Positions 18,294 through 27,753 of a DNA stretch of 32,000 nt are shown piece by piece (positions within the stretch are counted from its first letter, which is position 1; each line of letters starts with the position of its first letter). Origin of the DNA: an archaeon (GTDB lineage: Archaea > Iainarchaeota > Iainarchaeia > Iainarchaeales > 1-14-0-10-31-34); NCBI GenBank assembly GCA_024277355.1, contig JAJRVL010000002.1, forward strand, positions 72,434-104,433, in the 5' to 3' direction. A model generated the notes under the pieces. The model was not told the DNA's origin and ran no database searches. It saw only the letters and a list, made by a program, of their open reading frames with translations. Both the position numbers and the translations under genes were made by a program.

Positions 18294-19676
18294 TTAGTCA
18301 GCTTTTTTCTTTAAGTAACTTGAAAAGAATTCTTTTGTTTCTTTTTCTTTATAGATTTTCATTAAATTTTTTCCTGCCAAAACCGCGTGTTTTTCTTTGA
18401 ATCTTTTTGCAAGGAATTTTCCTGAATTAACTTTAATTTGTTTTTCAATGAATTCTTTTATTACGGTTTCTGCTTTAATGTGTTTTCTTTTTACTTTAGC
18501 ATGGAAATGGGCTTTAATTTTTACTGCTTTTTTTCCGTGTTTTTCTTTAAATCTTTCAGAATGTGCTTTCATTTTAACAGGAGGGCCTTTAACTAATTTT
18601 TCTTTTTCTAATTTTGTTTCTTTTACTTCAATTAATAAAAGCATTTTTGTTTTTTCATCGCTCCAGAATCTTTCTTTTAATACAGTGAAATCATTTTTTT
18701 CTATTTCTTTTTTTAATTTCCTTAAAAAACTCCTTAATTGCCCAAAAGTAACATCTTCATGAATTTTTTTGTATATAGTTGAAACAACAATAATGTTTTT
18801 TCCTGAAACTTTTTTTCTGAATTCTTTTTGACTTAAAATTTTAACAGGCTTTGGAAAGAAAAAATTCATTGAAGGTTTTTTAATGAATTCTTTTGCTTTT
18901 TTCTTAAATTTAATGTAGGTTTCTTTTGATACTGCTGCAGAAACATTTCTTCTGTCATCTGTTGGATCCAAAAAAATTAAGTTTCCATAAAATTTGTTTT
19001 CCAGTTCTTTTTCTTCTTTTTTATTTAATTTTTTTGTTATTGAAAGAACTTTTTTTTCTTTCCATTTAGAAACATTTCTTAATGCATTTTCAAAAGTTGA
19101 ATATTTTAATATTATTAATTCTGTTAAATAACCTGAAAACCCCTGAGTTTTAAGTTCTGCGCCGTAACAGTTTATTCCTTTAAGAAATTTTTTCATCAGA
19201 CGTATTTCGTTTCTTTGTTTTTCTTTTATTTTCTCTTCTATGAATTCTGCATGAAATGGAGTTCTGTCAACTGAAGATAATAATTCTTTTGTTGATTTAA
19301 TTTTGTATGCAGGAATTAATTCAATTTTGTGCCCTTTAATTTCTGTTTTAACATAAGGGTGTTCTCCGTAATCTATTTCCCAGTTTTTTGAGAATTTTTT
19401 TGCTATTCTTAATCCTTCTTTAATAAATTTTTCTTTTGGAATTTTTTTGTCAAATAAAATAAAAATATCTATGTCTTTGTCTCCTTTTAGATGTGTATTT
19501 CTTGAAAGTGAACCTGCTAATATTGCATCTAAGTGAATTCCTTTCATTGACTTGATTTTTTTGATTATTTCTCTGCTTAATTCTCTTTCTTCTTGTATTT
19601 CTTTTTTTGTTGGAGTAATTTTTTCAAGTACTTTTTCTTTTAATTTTTGGATTTTTTGTTTTAGCATAGAAACCAT
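18294..19676 (-). CDS. cca: CCA-adding enzyme, archaeal class I tRNA nucleotidyltransferase
   Basis: ILAGSLSRNTHLKGDKDIDIFILF...EIDYGEHPYVKTEIKGHKIELIPAYKI...SVDRTPFHAEFI. Confidence 0.96.
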   Translation of the reverse strand: MVSMLKQKIQKLKEKVLEKITPTKKEIQEERELSREIIKKIKSMKGIHLDAILAGSLSRNTHLKGDKDIDIFILFDKKIPKEKFIKEGLRIAKKFSKNWEIDYGEHPYVKTEIKGHKIELIPAYKIKSTKELLSSVDRTPFHAEFIEEKIKEKQRNEIRLMKKFLKGINCYGAELKTQGFSGYLTELIILKYSTFENALRNVSKWKEKKVLSITKKLNKKEEKELENKFYGNLIFLDPTDDRRNVSAAVSKETYIKFKKKAKEFIKKPSMNFFFPKPVKILSQKEFRKKVSGKNIIVVSTIYKKIHEDVTFGQLRSFLRKLKKEIEKNDFTVLKERFWSDEKTKMLLLIEVKETKLEKEKLVKGPPVKMKAHSERFKEKHGKKAVKIKAHFHAKVKRKHIKAETVIKEFIEKQIKVNSGKFLAKRFKEKHAVLAGKNLMKIYKEKETKEFFSSYLKKKAD

Positions 19677-19746
19677 TAAATATTATGTTTAGTTATTTAA
19701 TATATCTTGTGATTAAAAAAATATTATTTGTAATTAAAGGGATTTT

Positions 19747-21360
19747 ATGGCTCAATTAGAAGAAATAAAGTTTGGTGAAGTCAAAGAAAAAGAAAAAAAA
19801 GAAGAAAAAACGCATATTTCGATTAAAGGCTTAAAGCCGGTTGATGATTATGATTCAATTGAAATATTTGAAAAGTATCCTGATTATTTTTATTTTGTTA
19901 AAAAACCTGTTTTATCTGATAAAGAAAAATTATTTGGTTCAATTTTACAGAATATTATTTTAAGGAAAGCTTCTATTCCTGAATTGTCTTCTAAATTAGG
20001 TTTGTCTAAAGAATTCCTTAATGATTTAAACAACGAAGTAATTCATGAAATTGAATCATTAAATTTACTTCATGTTCTTCCTGATAAAAAAGCTCTTGAT
20101 TTAATTAAAAAATCTTTTTTGGTTTTAGTTAAAAAGCATTTAAGTTTTATTGTTCATCCAGAAGAATTAACTCATTTTGTTTTGGATAAAACTTTGGGTT
20201 TTGGTTTTTTGTCTCATTTAATGAATGATGCTTGGCTTGAAGAAATAATGGTTAATGGTTATAACAAAAATGTTTTTGTTTTTCATAGAAAATATGGTAT
20301 GTGTGAAACAAATATTCCTGTAAAAAAAGATGGTTTTATTGGAAGGCTTGTTTATCGTATTGCCGCTACAGTTAACAGAGAGTTAAGTGATTCTCAGCCT
20401 TTGCTTGATGCAAGGCTTCCGGATGGTTCAAGAGCTAATGCAACTTCTCCTTATGCAACTCCTTTTGGTCCAACTTTAACTATAAGAAAATTTTCTACTG
20501 TTCCGTTAAGTATAATTGATTTAATTAATAATGGAACAATGACTGCAGAAATTGCTGCTTTTTTGTGGATGATAGTTGAAGGTTTTGGTGTTGAACCAAT
20601 GAATTTAATTGTTACTGGAGGAAGTGGTACAGGAAAAACTTCTACTTTGAATTCTTTGTCTGTTTTTATAAGGAAAGAAGATAGAATTATTACTATTGAA
20701 GATACAACTGAACTGCATTTAGGAAGCAGAAAAAACTGGATTCAGATGGAAGCAAGACCTCCTATTTCAGGAATACCTGAGTTATCTATGGATGATTTGT
20801 TAAAGAATGCTTTGCGAATGCGTCCTGACCGATTAATTTTAGGTGAAGTGCGTGGACCTGAAGCACAGACTTTATTTACTGCAATGGATACTGGTCATAG
20901 CGGTTGTATGGGGACTGTTCATGCAAATAATGGAAGAGAATTAATTACACGGCTAAAAAGTGCGCCTATGAAAGTGCCTGATATAATGCTGCCTTTGCTT
21001 GATGTAATTGTAGTGCAGTATAGAATGCATGCTCCGGGAAAAGGAATTATCAGAAGAATAGCGCAAATAAATGAAGTAAGCAGAATGGATGAACAGACTT
21101 TGCTTGGTGAATTGTTTGTCTGGAAAAAAGAAGATGACATAATAGAAAAAACTAATACTCCTTCGCATATTCTTGAAAAAATTGCAGGATTAACTGCAAA
21201 AACAAAAAGAGAAGTAATGAAAGAAATTCAGATAAGGCAGAGAGTAATTGAATGGATGACTTTAAGTGGAATTAATGCTAATCCTGATGTAGAAAAAATA
21301 ATTCAGAAATATTATTATGCTCCTTCAGAAATTTTAGAAAAAGTTTCAAATGAATTATAA
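19747..21360 (+). CDS. Type II/IV secretion-system ATPase (GspE/ArlI/TadA-like)
   Basis: GFGFLSHLMNDAWLEEIMVNG; VTGGSGTGKTSTLNSLSVFI Walker A; ITIEDTTELHL; RMRPDRLILGEVRGPEAQTLFTAMDTGHSGCMGTVHAN. Confidence 0.94.
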   Translation: MAQLEEIKFGEVKEKEKKEEKTHISIKGLKPVDDYDSIEIFEKYPDYFYFVKKPVLSDKEKLFGSILQNIILRKASIPELSSKLGLSKEFLNDLNNEVIHEIESLNLLHVLPDKKALDLIKKSFLVLVKKHLSFIVHPEELTHFVLDKTLGFGFLSHLMNDAWLEEIMVNGYNKNVFVFHRKYGMCETNIPVKKDGFIGRLVYRIAATVNRELSDSQPLLDARLPDGSRANATSPYATPFGPTLTIRKFSTVPLSIIDLINNGTMTAEIAAFLWMIVEGFGVEPMNLIVTGGSGTGKTSTLNSLSVFIRKEDRIITIEDTTELHLGSRKNWIQMEARPPISGIPELSMDDLLKNALRMRPDRLILGEVRGPEAQTLFTAMDTGHSGCMGTVHANNGRELITRLKSAPMKVPDIMLPLLDVIVVQYRMHAPGKGIIRRIAQINEVSRMDEQTLLGELFVWKKEDDIIEKTNTPSHILEKIAGLTAKTKREVMKEIQIRQRVIEWMTLSGINANPDVEKIIQKYYYAPSEILEKVSNEL

Positions 21361-21398
21361 TAATTCAATTTTTTTTCTGAACTTTTTTTTTTAGTAAT

Positions 21399-21995
21399 TC
21401 ACTTTAATTCTTTTCTGCAGATTTTTTCAAATTTCTTTAATTGAAGATAATTTTTTTCAAGTTTTTTGTTTGCTTTTTCAAGAGCTTTTTTCAAGTATTC
21501 TTCGTTTAACAAAACTTTTTCCTTTATTTTAATTGGAAAAGAAATAACTTGTGTTCCAATTAATTCAACAATAAATTTTCCTTCTTCAACTGTCATTATT
21601 CCTGCTCTTCTTATTCCTGTTTTTCTTGTTGTTTTAAGTATTTTTTCTGCGTTTTCCAGGGTGTTTGTTCCTAAATGCAGAATAAATGGATCTAATTTAA
21701 ACCATAATTCTTCTTCTTGGTGTTTTTTGTTAATTCCTTCTGTTAATTCTTTTAATTTAACTTTTCTGTGCCATTTTGAATGAAATGCGGCTTCTCTTTT
21801 GTTTCCTTCTTTTCCAACATCAAGAAGAAGTATTCTTCCTGCGCAACTGCTTGAAGTAAAAAAGTTTTTTGTTGATGAAATATACCTGCATAATGGAATC
21901 ATTTGTTTATCTGCTTTTTTTTCTTTTACTGCTTTAAAAAAAGTTTTTTTATGTCTTTCTTTTATCATTTTAAATCTTGTTTCTGCTTTGTTCAT
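21399..21995 (-). CDS. taw3: tRNA wybutosine-synthesis protein Taw3/TYW3
   Basis: IPLCRYISSTKNFFTSSSCAGRILLLD...FHSKWHRKV...LWFKLDPFILH. Confidence 0.9.
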   Translation of the reverse strand: MNKAETRFKMIKERHKKTFFKAVKEKKADKQMIPLCRYISSTKNFFTSSSCAGRILLLDVGKEGNKREAAFHSKWHRKVKLKELTEGINKKHQEEELWFKLDPFILHLGTNTLENAEKILKTTRKTGIRRAGIMTVEEGKFIVELIGTQVISFPIKIKEKVLLNEEYLKKALEKANKKLEKNYLQLKKFEKICRKELK

Positions 21996-22632
21996 AATTC
22001 AATCCTTTCTACTTTTTTTTCTTTTGTGTCAATTAAAACTATTTTTTCTTCTTTAACTGAAGAAACATTAATGCAAAAAGTTTTTTCAATGATTTCTTTT
22101 CCAAAAGCTTCATGGCAGTGTCCTGAAACACTGAATTCAGGGGAAAACTCTTCAATTATTTTTCTCACGGATTCTGAACCAATATGTTTTCCTGAAAAAC
22201 TTTTATCTAATGAACAATTTTTTGGAGGAGAATGAGTTACAAGAAAAACTTTTTTTTCTCCTTGGATTAAAAACTTTAGTTTTTCATATATTTCTTGTTC
22301 TGAAAAAATCATTTCTCCAATGCTTTCAACTGCTCCGCCAAAACCAATAAACATATAATCTTTAAATTTTTCTTTTCTTGAATGCAGTGAAATCCCTTTT
22401 TTTCCATAAATTCAAGGCCTTCTTTTGTATCAAGGTTTCCTGGAATTGCAAAAATTTTTTTATTTAATTTTTTTATTTCGTCTATTACTTCTTTTATTTG
22501 TGTTTCTCCGCCAAAATTAGTTAAATCTCCTGCAATTACCACTAAATCAATTTCACTGCTTTTTTTGTTTTCAAGAAGTTTTTTTAATGATTCAATTCTT
22601 GAATGCACATCACTTAAAACCAGTATTTTCAT
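21992..22632 (-). CDS. Calcineurin-like metallophosphoesterase, interrupted by one -1 shift near 22363-22369
   Basis: N part MKILVLSDVHSRIESL...VVIAGDLTNFG...IFAIPGNLDT; C part MFIGFGGAVES...VFLVTHSPPKN...SVSGHCHEAFG. Together these form one complete phosphoesterase. Confidence 0.88.
22363..22369 (-). other. In-frame A_AAT_TTA heptamer at the phosphoesterase frame break
   Basis: Minus strand GAA AAG AAA AAT TTA AAG ATT; a -1 shift after TTA gives ..KKNL|KDYMFIGFGG.. Confidence 0.55.
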
Positions 22633-22676
22633 AAATAAACCTTTTTATTTGCTTTGCGACTAAATAGTATTTAGGA

Positions 22677-23450
22677 ATGATTATGTTTAATAAGTTTTTT
22701 TTAGTTGTCTTTTCTTTAGTTTTATTTACTTCAGGTGTTTTTGCTTTAGAAATAGTTTTTCCTGTTTCAGCTGATGTTTCTGAAAATTCAACAATTGAAT
22801 TAGGGAAAATTTCTCCCGGACAGCAGTTTGAATTAATTATTTCTGATGAAAGGTTTAATGCAGTTGAAGTAACTGGTTCTTTTTCTTCTTGGAGTGAAGA
22901 TTCAGTTTTTTATGAAAAAAATACAGGAATAAAAATTAATGTTCCTTTTGATGCTTCTCTTGGAGCAAAAAATATTTCTTTTAAGGCATTTAATTCTTCT
23001 TCAGGGTTATCTGAATCATTTAATGCTTTAGTTAATGTCAGGAAAGATTTATGGTCAGTTAATATTTCTGGTTTAAGTCAGACAGCAGAAGTAAATTTTC
23101 CTGTTAATTATAAATTGACTTTTTCTAATGAATCAATTGGAAAACAAAAAATTTCTGTTTCTTCTAATCTTACTTCTTACTGGATGAAAGAAAAAACTTT
23201 TGTGGTTGAACCAAAATCTGTTTTAAAAGATTTAATTGAAGTTAATCCAAGGCATTATGGAACAAGAGCATTTAATTTTGTTTTAAAATCTTCTTCTTCT
23301 GCTGAAACAAAAGAATTCCAGTCAAAATTAAGGGTTGAATCTTCTTTGTTAAGCAAGTATTCTTCTCCTTTGTATGGTTTTCCTTTTTTTACTCCTACTT
23401 TGTTTCCTTATTATTTAGTTGAGTCTTTTGTCGGCTTTTTTCTTAAATAA
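22677..23450 (+). CDS. Secreted/membrane-anchored protein, unknown
   Basis: N-terminal signal peptide (MFNKFFLVVFSLVLFTSGVFALE), extracellular beta-rich body with many S/N, short hydrophobic C-terminus. Confidence 0.7.
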   Translation: MIMFNKFFLVVFSLVLFTSGVFALEIVFPVSADVSENSTIELGKISPGQQFELIISDERFNAVEVTGSFSSWSEDSVFYEKNTGIKINVPFDASLGAKNISFKAFNSSSGLSESFNALVNVRKDLWSVNISGLSQTAEVNFPVNYKLTFSNESIGKQKISVSSNLTSYWMKEKTFVVEPKSVLKDLIEVNPRHYGTRAFNFVLKSSSSAETKEFQSKLRVESSLLSKYSSPLYGFPFFTPTLFPYYLVESFVGFFLK

Positions 23451-23468
23451 TTTCAAAACTGATATTTT

Positions 23469-25031
23469 ATGAGCATTAAACAGTATTCAAAAGAAATTAT
23501 TGGCTTAATTTTGTCAGGAAAAATTTCTTCAAAAAAAGAATTAAGTTCATTTAAATTAAAGTTAGCAAAAAAATATTCTTTAAAGGATTTTCCGGCTAAT
23601 CCTGATATTCTTTCTTTTGCAGGAAAAAAAACTGAAAAAGTAAGACATTTGCTTGCAATTAAACCTTCTCGTTCTTTATCAGGAATTGTTTCTGTTGCAA
23701 TAATGCCTAAGCCTCTTCCTTGTCCTGGAAGATGTATTTATTGTCCTTCATCTTTAGTGGATGTTTTAACGCCAAAAAGTTATACTGGAAGAGAACCAAG
23801 CACTATGCGGGCAATTGCAAATAATTTTGATGCAGTAAAACAAATAACAAACAGAATTAATCAATTAAAGCGAACAGGCCATTCAACTGAAAAAATTGAA
23901 TTAATAATAATGGGAGGTACTTTTCTTTCTTATCCTTTAATTTATCAGAAACAATTTATGTTAGACTGCTTTAATGCAGTAAATAAAACTAAATCTAATT
24001 CATTAGAAAAAGCAAAAGAAAAAGCACAATATTCAGATAATAGATTTATTGGAATAACTTTTGAAACCCGTCCTGATTTTTGCAGAAAAAAAGAAATAAA
24101 TAATATGCTTTTATTTGGAGGAACAAGAGTTGAATTAGGTGTTCAGACTTTAGATGATGAAGTGTATAAAAAAATTAATCGGGACCATAAAGTTTCTGAT
24201 GTAATTAATGCAACTTCTTTGTTAAGGGATTCTTCATTTAAGTTTGCTTATCATTTAATGCCGGGATTGCCTGGAATGACTCCAAAAGAAGATTTTAAAG
24301 TTTTCAAGGAAGTTTTTTCTAATCCTGATTTCAAGCCTGATATGCTTAAAATTTATCCTTGTATTGTAATTAAAAATACTGAATTATTTAATTTATGGAA
24401 AAAAGGAGAATATAAACCTTATTCAACTAAAAAAGCAGCAAAATTAATTTCAAAAATGAAATCAATTGTTCCAAAATATACAAGAATAATGAGAATTCAA
24501 AGGGATATTCCTTCAACTGTTGTTTCTGCAGGAGTAAAGCACACTAATTTAAGACAAATGGTAAAAGAAGAAATGAAAAAACATAACTGGGAATGCAATT
24601 GCATTAGGTGCAGGGAAGTCGGCAGAACTAAAGCTGGGATTAATCCAAAATTATTAGTTGAAGAATATGCTGCTTCAAACGGAAAAGAATTTTTTATTTC
24701 AATTGAAGACAAAAATTCATTATATGGTTTTTGCAGATTGCGTTTTCCTGCTAATCCTTTTAGAAAAGAAATAAACAAAAAAACTGCTTTGATAAGAGAA
24801 CTGCATGTTTATTCTAAGGCTTTAGAGTTAAGCAGAACTCCTGAAAAAAATGAATTCCAGCATAAAGGTTTTGGAAAAAAATTAATGGAAAAAGCAGAAG
24901 AAATAACTGCTGAAAACGGGTATAAAGAATTAATTGTTATTTCAGGGATTGGTGCAAGAGAATATTACTGGAATTTAGGTTATAAAAATAAAGGCCCTTA
25001 TGTGGCAAAAGACGTAAGCAAAGGTATTTAA
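23469..25031 (+). CDS. elp3: Elp3 radical-SAM/GNAT tRNA uridine-modifying enzyme
   Basis: MPKPLPCPGRCIYCPSS radical SAM cluster; LRIMRIQRDIPSTVV-type region; RELHVYSKAL; C-terminal GNAT HKGFGKKLMEKAEEIT...GIGAREYYWNLGY. Confidence 0.96.
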   Translation: MSIKQYSKEIIGLILSGKISSKKELSSFKLKLAKKYSLKDFPANPDILSFAGKKTEKVRHLLAIKPSRSLSGIVSVAIMPKPLPCPGRCIYCPSSLVDVLTPKSYTGREPSTMRAIANNFDAVKQITNRINQLKRTGHSTEKIELIIMGGTFLSYPLIYQKQFMLDCFNAVNKTKSNSLEKAKEKAQYSDNRFIGITFETRPDFCRKKEINNMLLFGGTRVELGVQTLDDEVYKKINRDHKVSDVINATSLLRDSSFKFAYHLMPGLPGMTPKEDFKVFKEVFSNPDFKPDMLKIYPCIVIKNTELFNLWKKGEYKPYSTKKAAKLISKMKSIVPKYTRIMRIQRDIPSTVVSAGVKHTNLRQMVKEEMKKHNWECNCIRCREVGRTKAGINPKLLVEEYAASNGKEFFISIEDKNSLYGFCRLRFPANPFRKEINKKTALIRELHVYSKALELSRTPEKNEFQHKGFGKKLMEKAEEITAENGYKELIVISGIGAREYYWNLGYKNKGPYVAKDVSKGI

Positions 25032-25091
25032 ATTAATCCAAACTATTTTTCATAAAAATTATGAACTTTTTTTATTATGGAGGGTTTTTGA

Positions 25092-26228
25092 ATGATTATT
25101 GCAACTTTAAAAGAAGTTAAAGACAATGAAAACAGAGTAGGGTTAATCCCTGAAAATGTTAAATCTTTAATTGATTTAGGTCATGAAGTCTGGGTACAGA
25201 AATCAGCAGGAATTAATTCTGGTTTTTCTGATGAAGATTATTCAGATCAAGGCGCAAAAATAGTTGATTCAGAAGAAGAAATTGCAAAAAATGCAGATGT
25301 ATTAGTTAAAGTAAAAGAGCCAGTAACAAAAGAATACAAATTACTTGAATTAATGAAAGGAAAAACCCTTTACACTTACCTTCATTTATCCGGAGTTGAT
25401 CCTCAGTTAACTGAAGTGTTAATTAAAAATAATATTACTGCTATTGCTTATGAAACAATTGAAGATGAAAATGGTTTTTTGCCTTGTCTTAAACCAATGA
25501 GTGAAGTTGCAGGAATTTTATCTATTCAATATGGTGCACAATATTTGCAGAGAAAATATCATGGCATAGGAGTTACTTTAGGGAAAGTTGATGGAGTTTC
25601 TTCTTCTAATGTTTTGGTTGTTGGAGGAGGAATTGCAGGAAGAACTGCTGCAAGGACTGCTGCAGGAATGGGGTCTAATGTTGTTGTAGTTGAAAAATCT
25701 CCTGAAAGAGCTGAAGCATTAAAAAAATTTTTTGACAGCGAATTAGGAAAAACTGATAACATAAAAATTATAAGTAATTCTGCTGGAGATTTTTCAGAAC
25801 AGGTAAGAAACTCTGATTTATTAGTTGGAGCTGTTTTAATTGCAGGTGCTAAAGCGCCGAGAGTTGTTTCAGAAGAACAAATTAAATCAATGAAAAATGG
25901 TTCTGTTATAGTTGATATTTCAATTGATCAAGGCGGATGCATTTGGGGTTCAAAGCCTACTTCTCATTCTGATCCAATTTATGAATTAGAAGGAAAAATT
26001 TTCTGCTGTATTACTAATATGCCTGGACAGGCGTCAAGACAGTCAACTTATGCCTTAAATAACAGTACTTTTCCTTTTTTGACTAAAATTGCAGAAAAAG
26101 GAGTAATTGAATACTTAAAAGAAAACAAGAATTTTGCTAAAGGCTTAAACACTTATAATGGAAAAATAACTTTTAAGCATGTAGCAGAAGACCTGAAAAG
26201 AGAAGCAGATTTTGAAGAATTCAATTAA
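25092..26228 (+). CDS. ald: Alanine dehydrogenase
   Basis: MIIATLKEVKDNENRVGLIPENV; YLHLSG; PMSEVAG; GVDGVSSSNVLVVGGGIAGRTAARTAAGMG; SIDQGG; strong GGAGGG SD 7 nt before ATG. Confidence 0.94.
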   Translation: MIIATLKEVKDNENRVGLIPENVKSLIDLGHEVWVQKSAGINSGFSDEDYSDQGAKIVDSEEEIAKNADVLVKVKEPVTKEYKLLELMKGKTLYTYLHLSGVDPQLTEVLIKNNITAIAYETIEDENGFLPCLKPMSEVAGILSIQYGAQYLQRKYHGIGVTLGKVDGVSSSNVLVVGGGIAGRTAARTAAGMGSNVVVVEKSPERAEALKKFFDSELGKTDNIKIISNSAGDFSEQVRNSDLLVGAVLIAGAKAPRVVSEEQIKSMKNGSVIVDISIDQGGCIWGSKPTSHSDPIYELEGKIFCCITNMPGQASRQSTYALNNSTFPFLTKIAEKGVIEYLKENKNFAKGLNTYNGKITFKHVAEDLKREADFEEFN

Positions 26229-26273
26229 TGCTTTCTTTTTTTATTTTCTTTCTTTCTATTATTTTTGGTTTAA

Positions 26274-26636
26274 ATGATTGAATTAATTTTATTTTTTTTG
26301 CTTTTGATTTCTCTTATTTTATTGTATTTCTTTTTCTCTAAATATTCTAATTTAAAAGAAAAGTTTGATGAATTATCTTTTTTAAAAAAATCTCAAAGCG
26401 TTAAATATGGAAAGTTAACTGAACAATGGATTCCTTTTTCAGATGATTTTCCTTTTGATTCGTCTTCTTTCCGTTTTTTAGGAAGTCCTGTTGACGGAGT
26501 AGCTTTTAATGATGATTCAGTTGTTTTTTGTGAATTTAAGTCAAATACTTCTTCGTTATCTGAAAAACAAAAAAAAATAAAAAAATTAATTTTAGATAAA
26601 AAAGTTAAATGGCTTGAAATGCATTTAAAGAATTAA
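26274..26636 (+). CDS. Membrane-anchored Holliday-junction-resolvase-like endonuclease (Endonuc_Holl-like)
   Basis: N-terminal TM, then GKLTEQWIPFSDDFPFDSSSFRFLGSPVDGVAFND..VVFCEFKSNTSSLSEKQKKIKKLI, with a PD-(D/E)xK-like GSPVDGVAF/EFK. Confidence 0.75.
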   Translation: MIELILFFLLLISLILLYFFFSKYSNLKEKFDELSFLKKSQSVKYGKLTEQWIPFSDDFPFDSSSFRFLGSPVDGVAFNDDSVVFCEFKSNTSSLSEKQKKIKKLILDKKVKWLEMHLKN

Positions 26637-27328
26637 ATCCATTTATGGAAAAACTTCATTAATTTTAAGCTTGGTGAAAAACCAAAATAACCAATTAATG
26701 CGCCTATTACTATCAGTCCTCTTATTAAAACTGTCTGCAATTCGGCACTTCCAAGTAAATCAAGATATCCTCCTAAGAAAAATAATCCCATTGATAATGC
26801 AACTGAGTTAAACTGAATAAAAGTACTTTGTTTTCTTGATTTAAATGCAGTTAATGCAAGCAATACAACCATTGTAAAAGCAGAATAACCTGAATATTGA
26901 ATTAATGTTAATGCTTCTGAACTAGTTAAATAGTATTTTACTGTCCAGCCAGTTAACGGCCCTATAAGCGGGACAGTTAAAATAAAATAAATGTAAATTA
27001 ATCCTGTTAATGTAAAAATTGAAGGAAGAATTAAAATGCTTTTTTTCTTTAATGAAGTTGCACTTAAAAACAATGCTAATGCAACAACAGGAACCGCTGC
27101 TAAAGAAATTGACAGCATAAAGAAAAGTTTTGATAAATAAACTGAATTAAATAATCCGCTTAAATCTACTAATCCTGCAAAAAAATATATTGCTGCTGCA
27201 CCCATCCAAAAAGTCCCAAAAGCAAGATTTAGTAAATTAGCTTTATTGGGTTTTATTTTTTTGACTAAAAGAACACTTAATATTACAATTAAAAAATCAA
27301 TTATTACTCCTGTAATTAATTCAATCAT
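26633..27328 (-). CDS. Multi-pass membrane protein
   Basis: 231 aa, about 7 hydrophobic segments; start overlaps the stop of the 27325..27705 gene by 4 nt. Confidence 0.7.
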   Translation of the reverse strand: MIELITGVIIDFLIVILSVLLVKKIKPNKANLLNLAFGTFWMGAAAIYFFAGLVDLSGLFNSVYLSKLFFMLSISLAAVPVVALALFLSATSLKKKSILILPSIFTLTGLIYIYFILTVPLIGPLTGWTVKYYLTSSEALTLIQYSGYSAFTMVVLLALTAFKSRKQSTFIQFNSVALSMGLFFLGGYLDLLGSAELQTVLIRGLIVIGALIGYFGFSPSLKLMKFFHKWI

Positions 27329-27705
27329 TGTTTCGCGTCCTCAAAAAATTCTTCGGTTTGATTTTGCATTTTTTGTTTAACTAAACTCATAAAGTCTGTT
27401 TCATTGTATAATTCATTTAAATACATTGAAGCTCTTGCAAAACAAAATGTAGACAAAATAAATAAAGTATACATTGAGTATTCAATTATTTCTCCTTTAA
27501 CAAATCCTGTTACTTCAAGCAAAAAATGAACTACAAGGTTTACTGCAATAATAAAAACTGAAAAAGAAAGCCATTTAACAAATTTATTCAGATTGCTTTC
27601 TGCTAAACTTCTTTTTGTCTGCCATATCCAGTAAGATGAAATAAGCATAGCAAGCATTGAAATAGTTAATAACAAAAGATGAAATTCACTTATTGGAAAA
27701 ATCAT
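27325..27705 (-). CDS. Small membrane protein, co-transcribed
   Basis: 126 aa, three hydrophobic segments with a charged tail. Confidence 0.65.
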   Translation of the reverse strand: MIFPISEFHLLLLTISMLAMLISSYWIWQTKRSLAESNLNKFVKWLSFSVFIIAVNLVVHFLLEVTGFVKGEIIEYSMYTLFILSTFCFARASMYLNELYNETDFMSLVKQKMQNQTEEFFEDAKQ

Positions 27706-27753
27706 TTATAATCACTTAAGTATAATGTTTTTTTGCCTTTTATATTTTTTCTT

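Noticed and set aside
20919-21168. - strand ORFs at 20919-21140 and 20953-21168
   Set aside because: Antisense to conserved Walker B/Asp box coding of the secretion ATPase.
21992-22632. Metallophosphoesterase considered as the missing Mre11
   Set aside because: About 214 aa in total, with the short YfcE-like layout. It lacks the larger nuclease and capping regions expected of Mre11 and is paired with taw3 rather than rad50.
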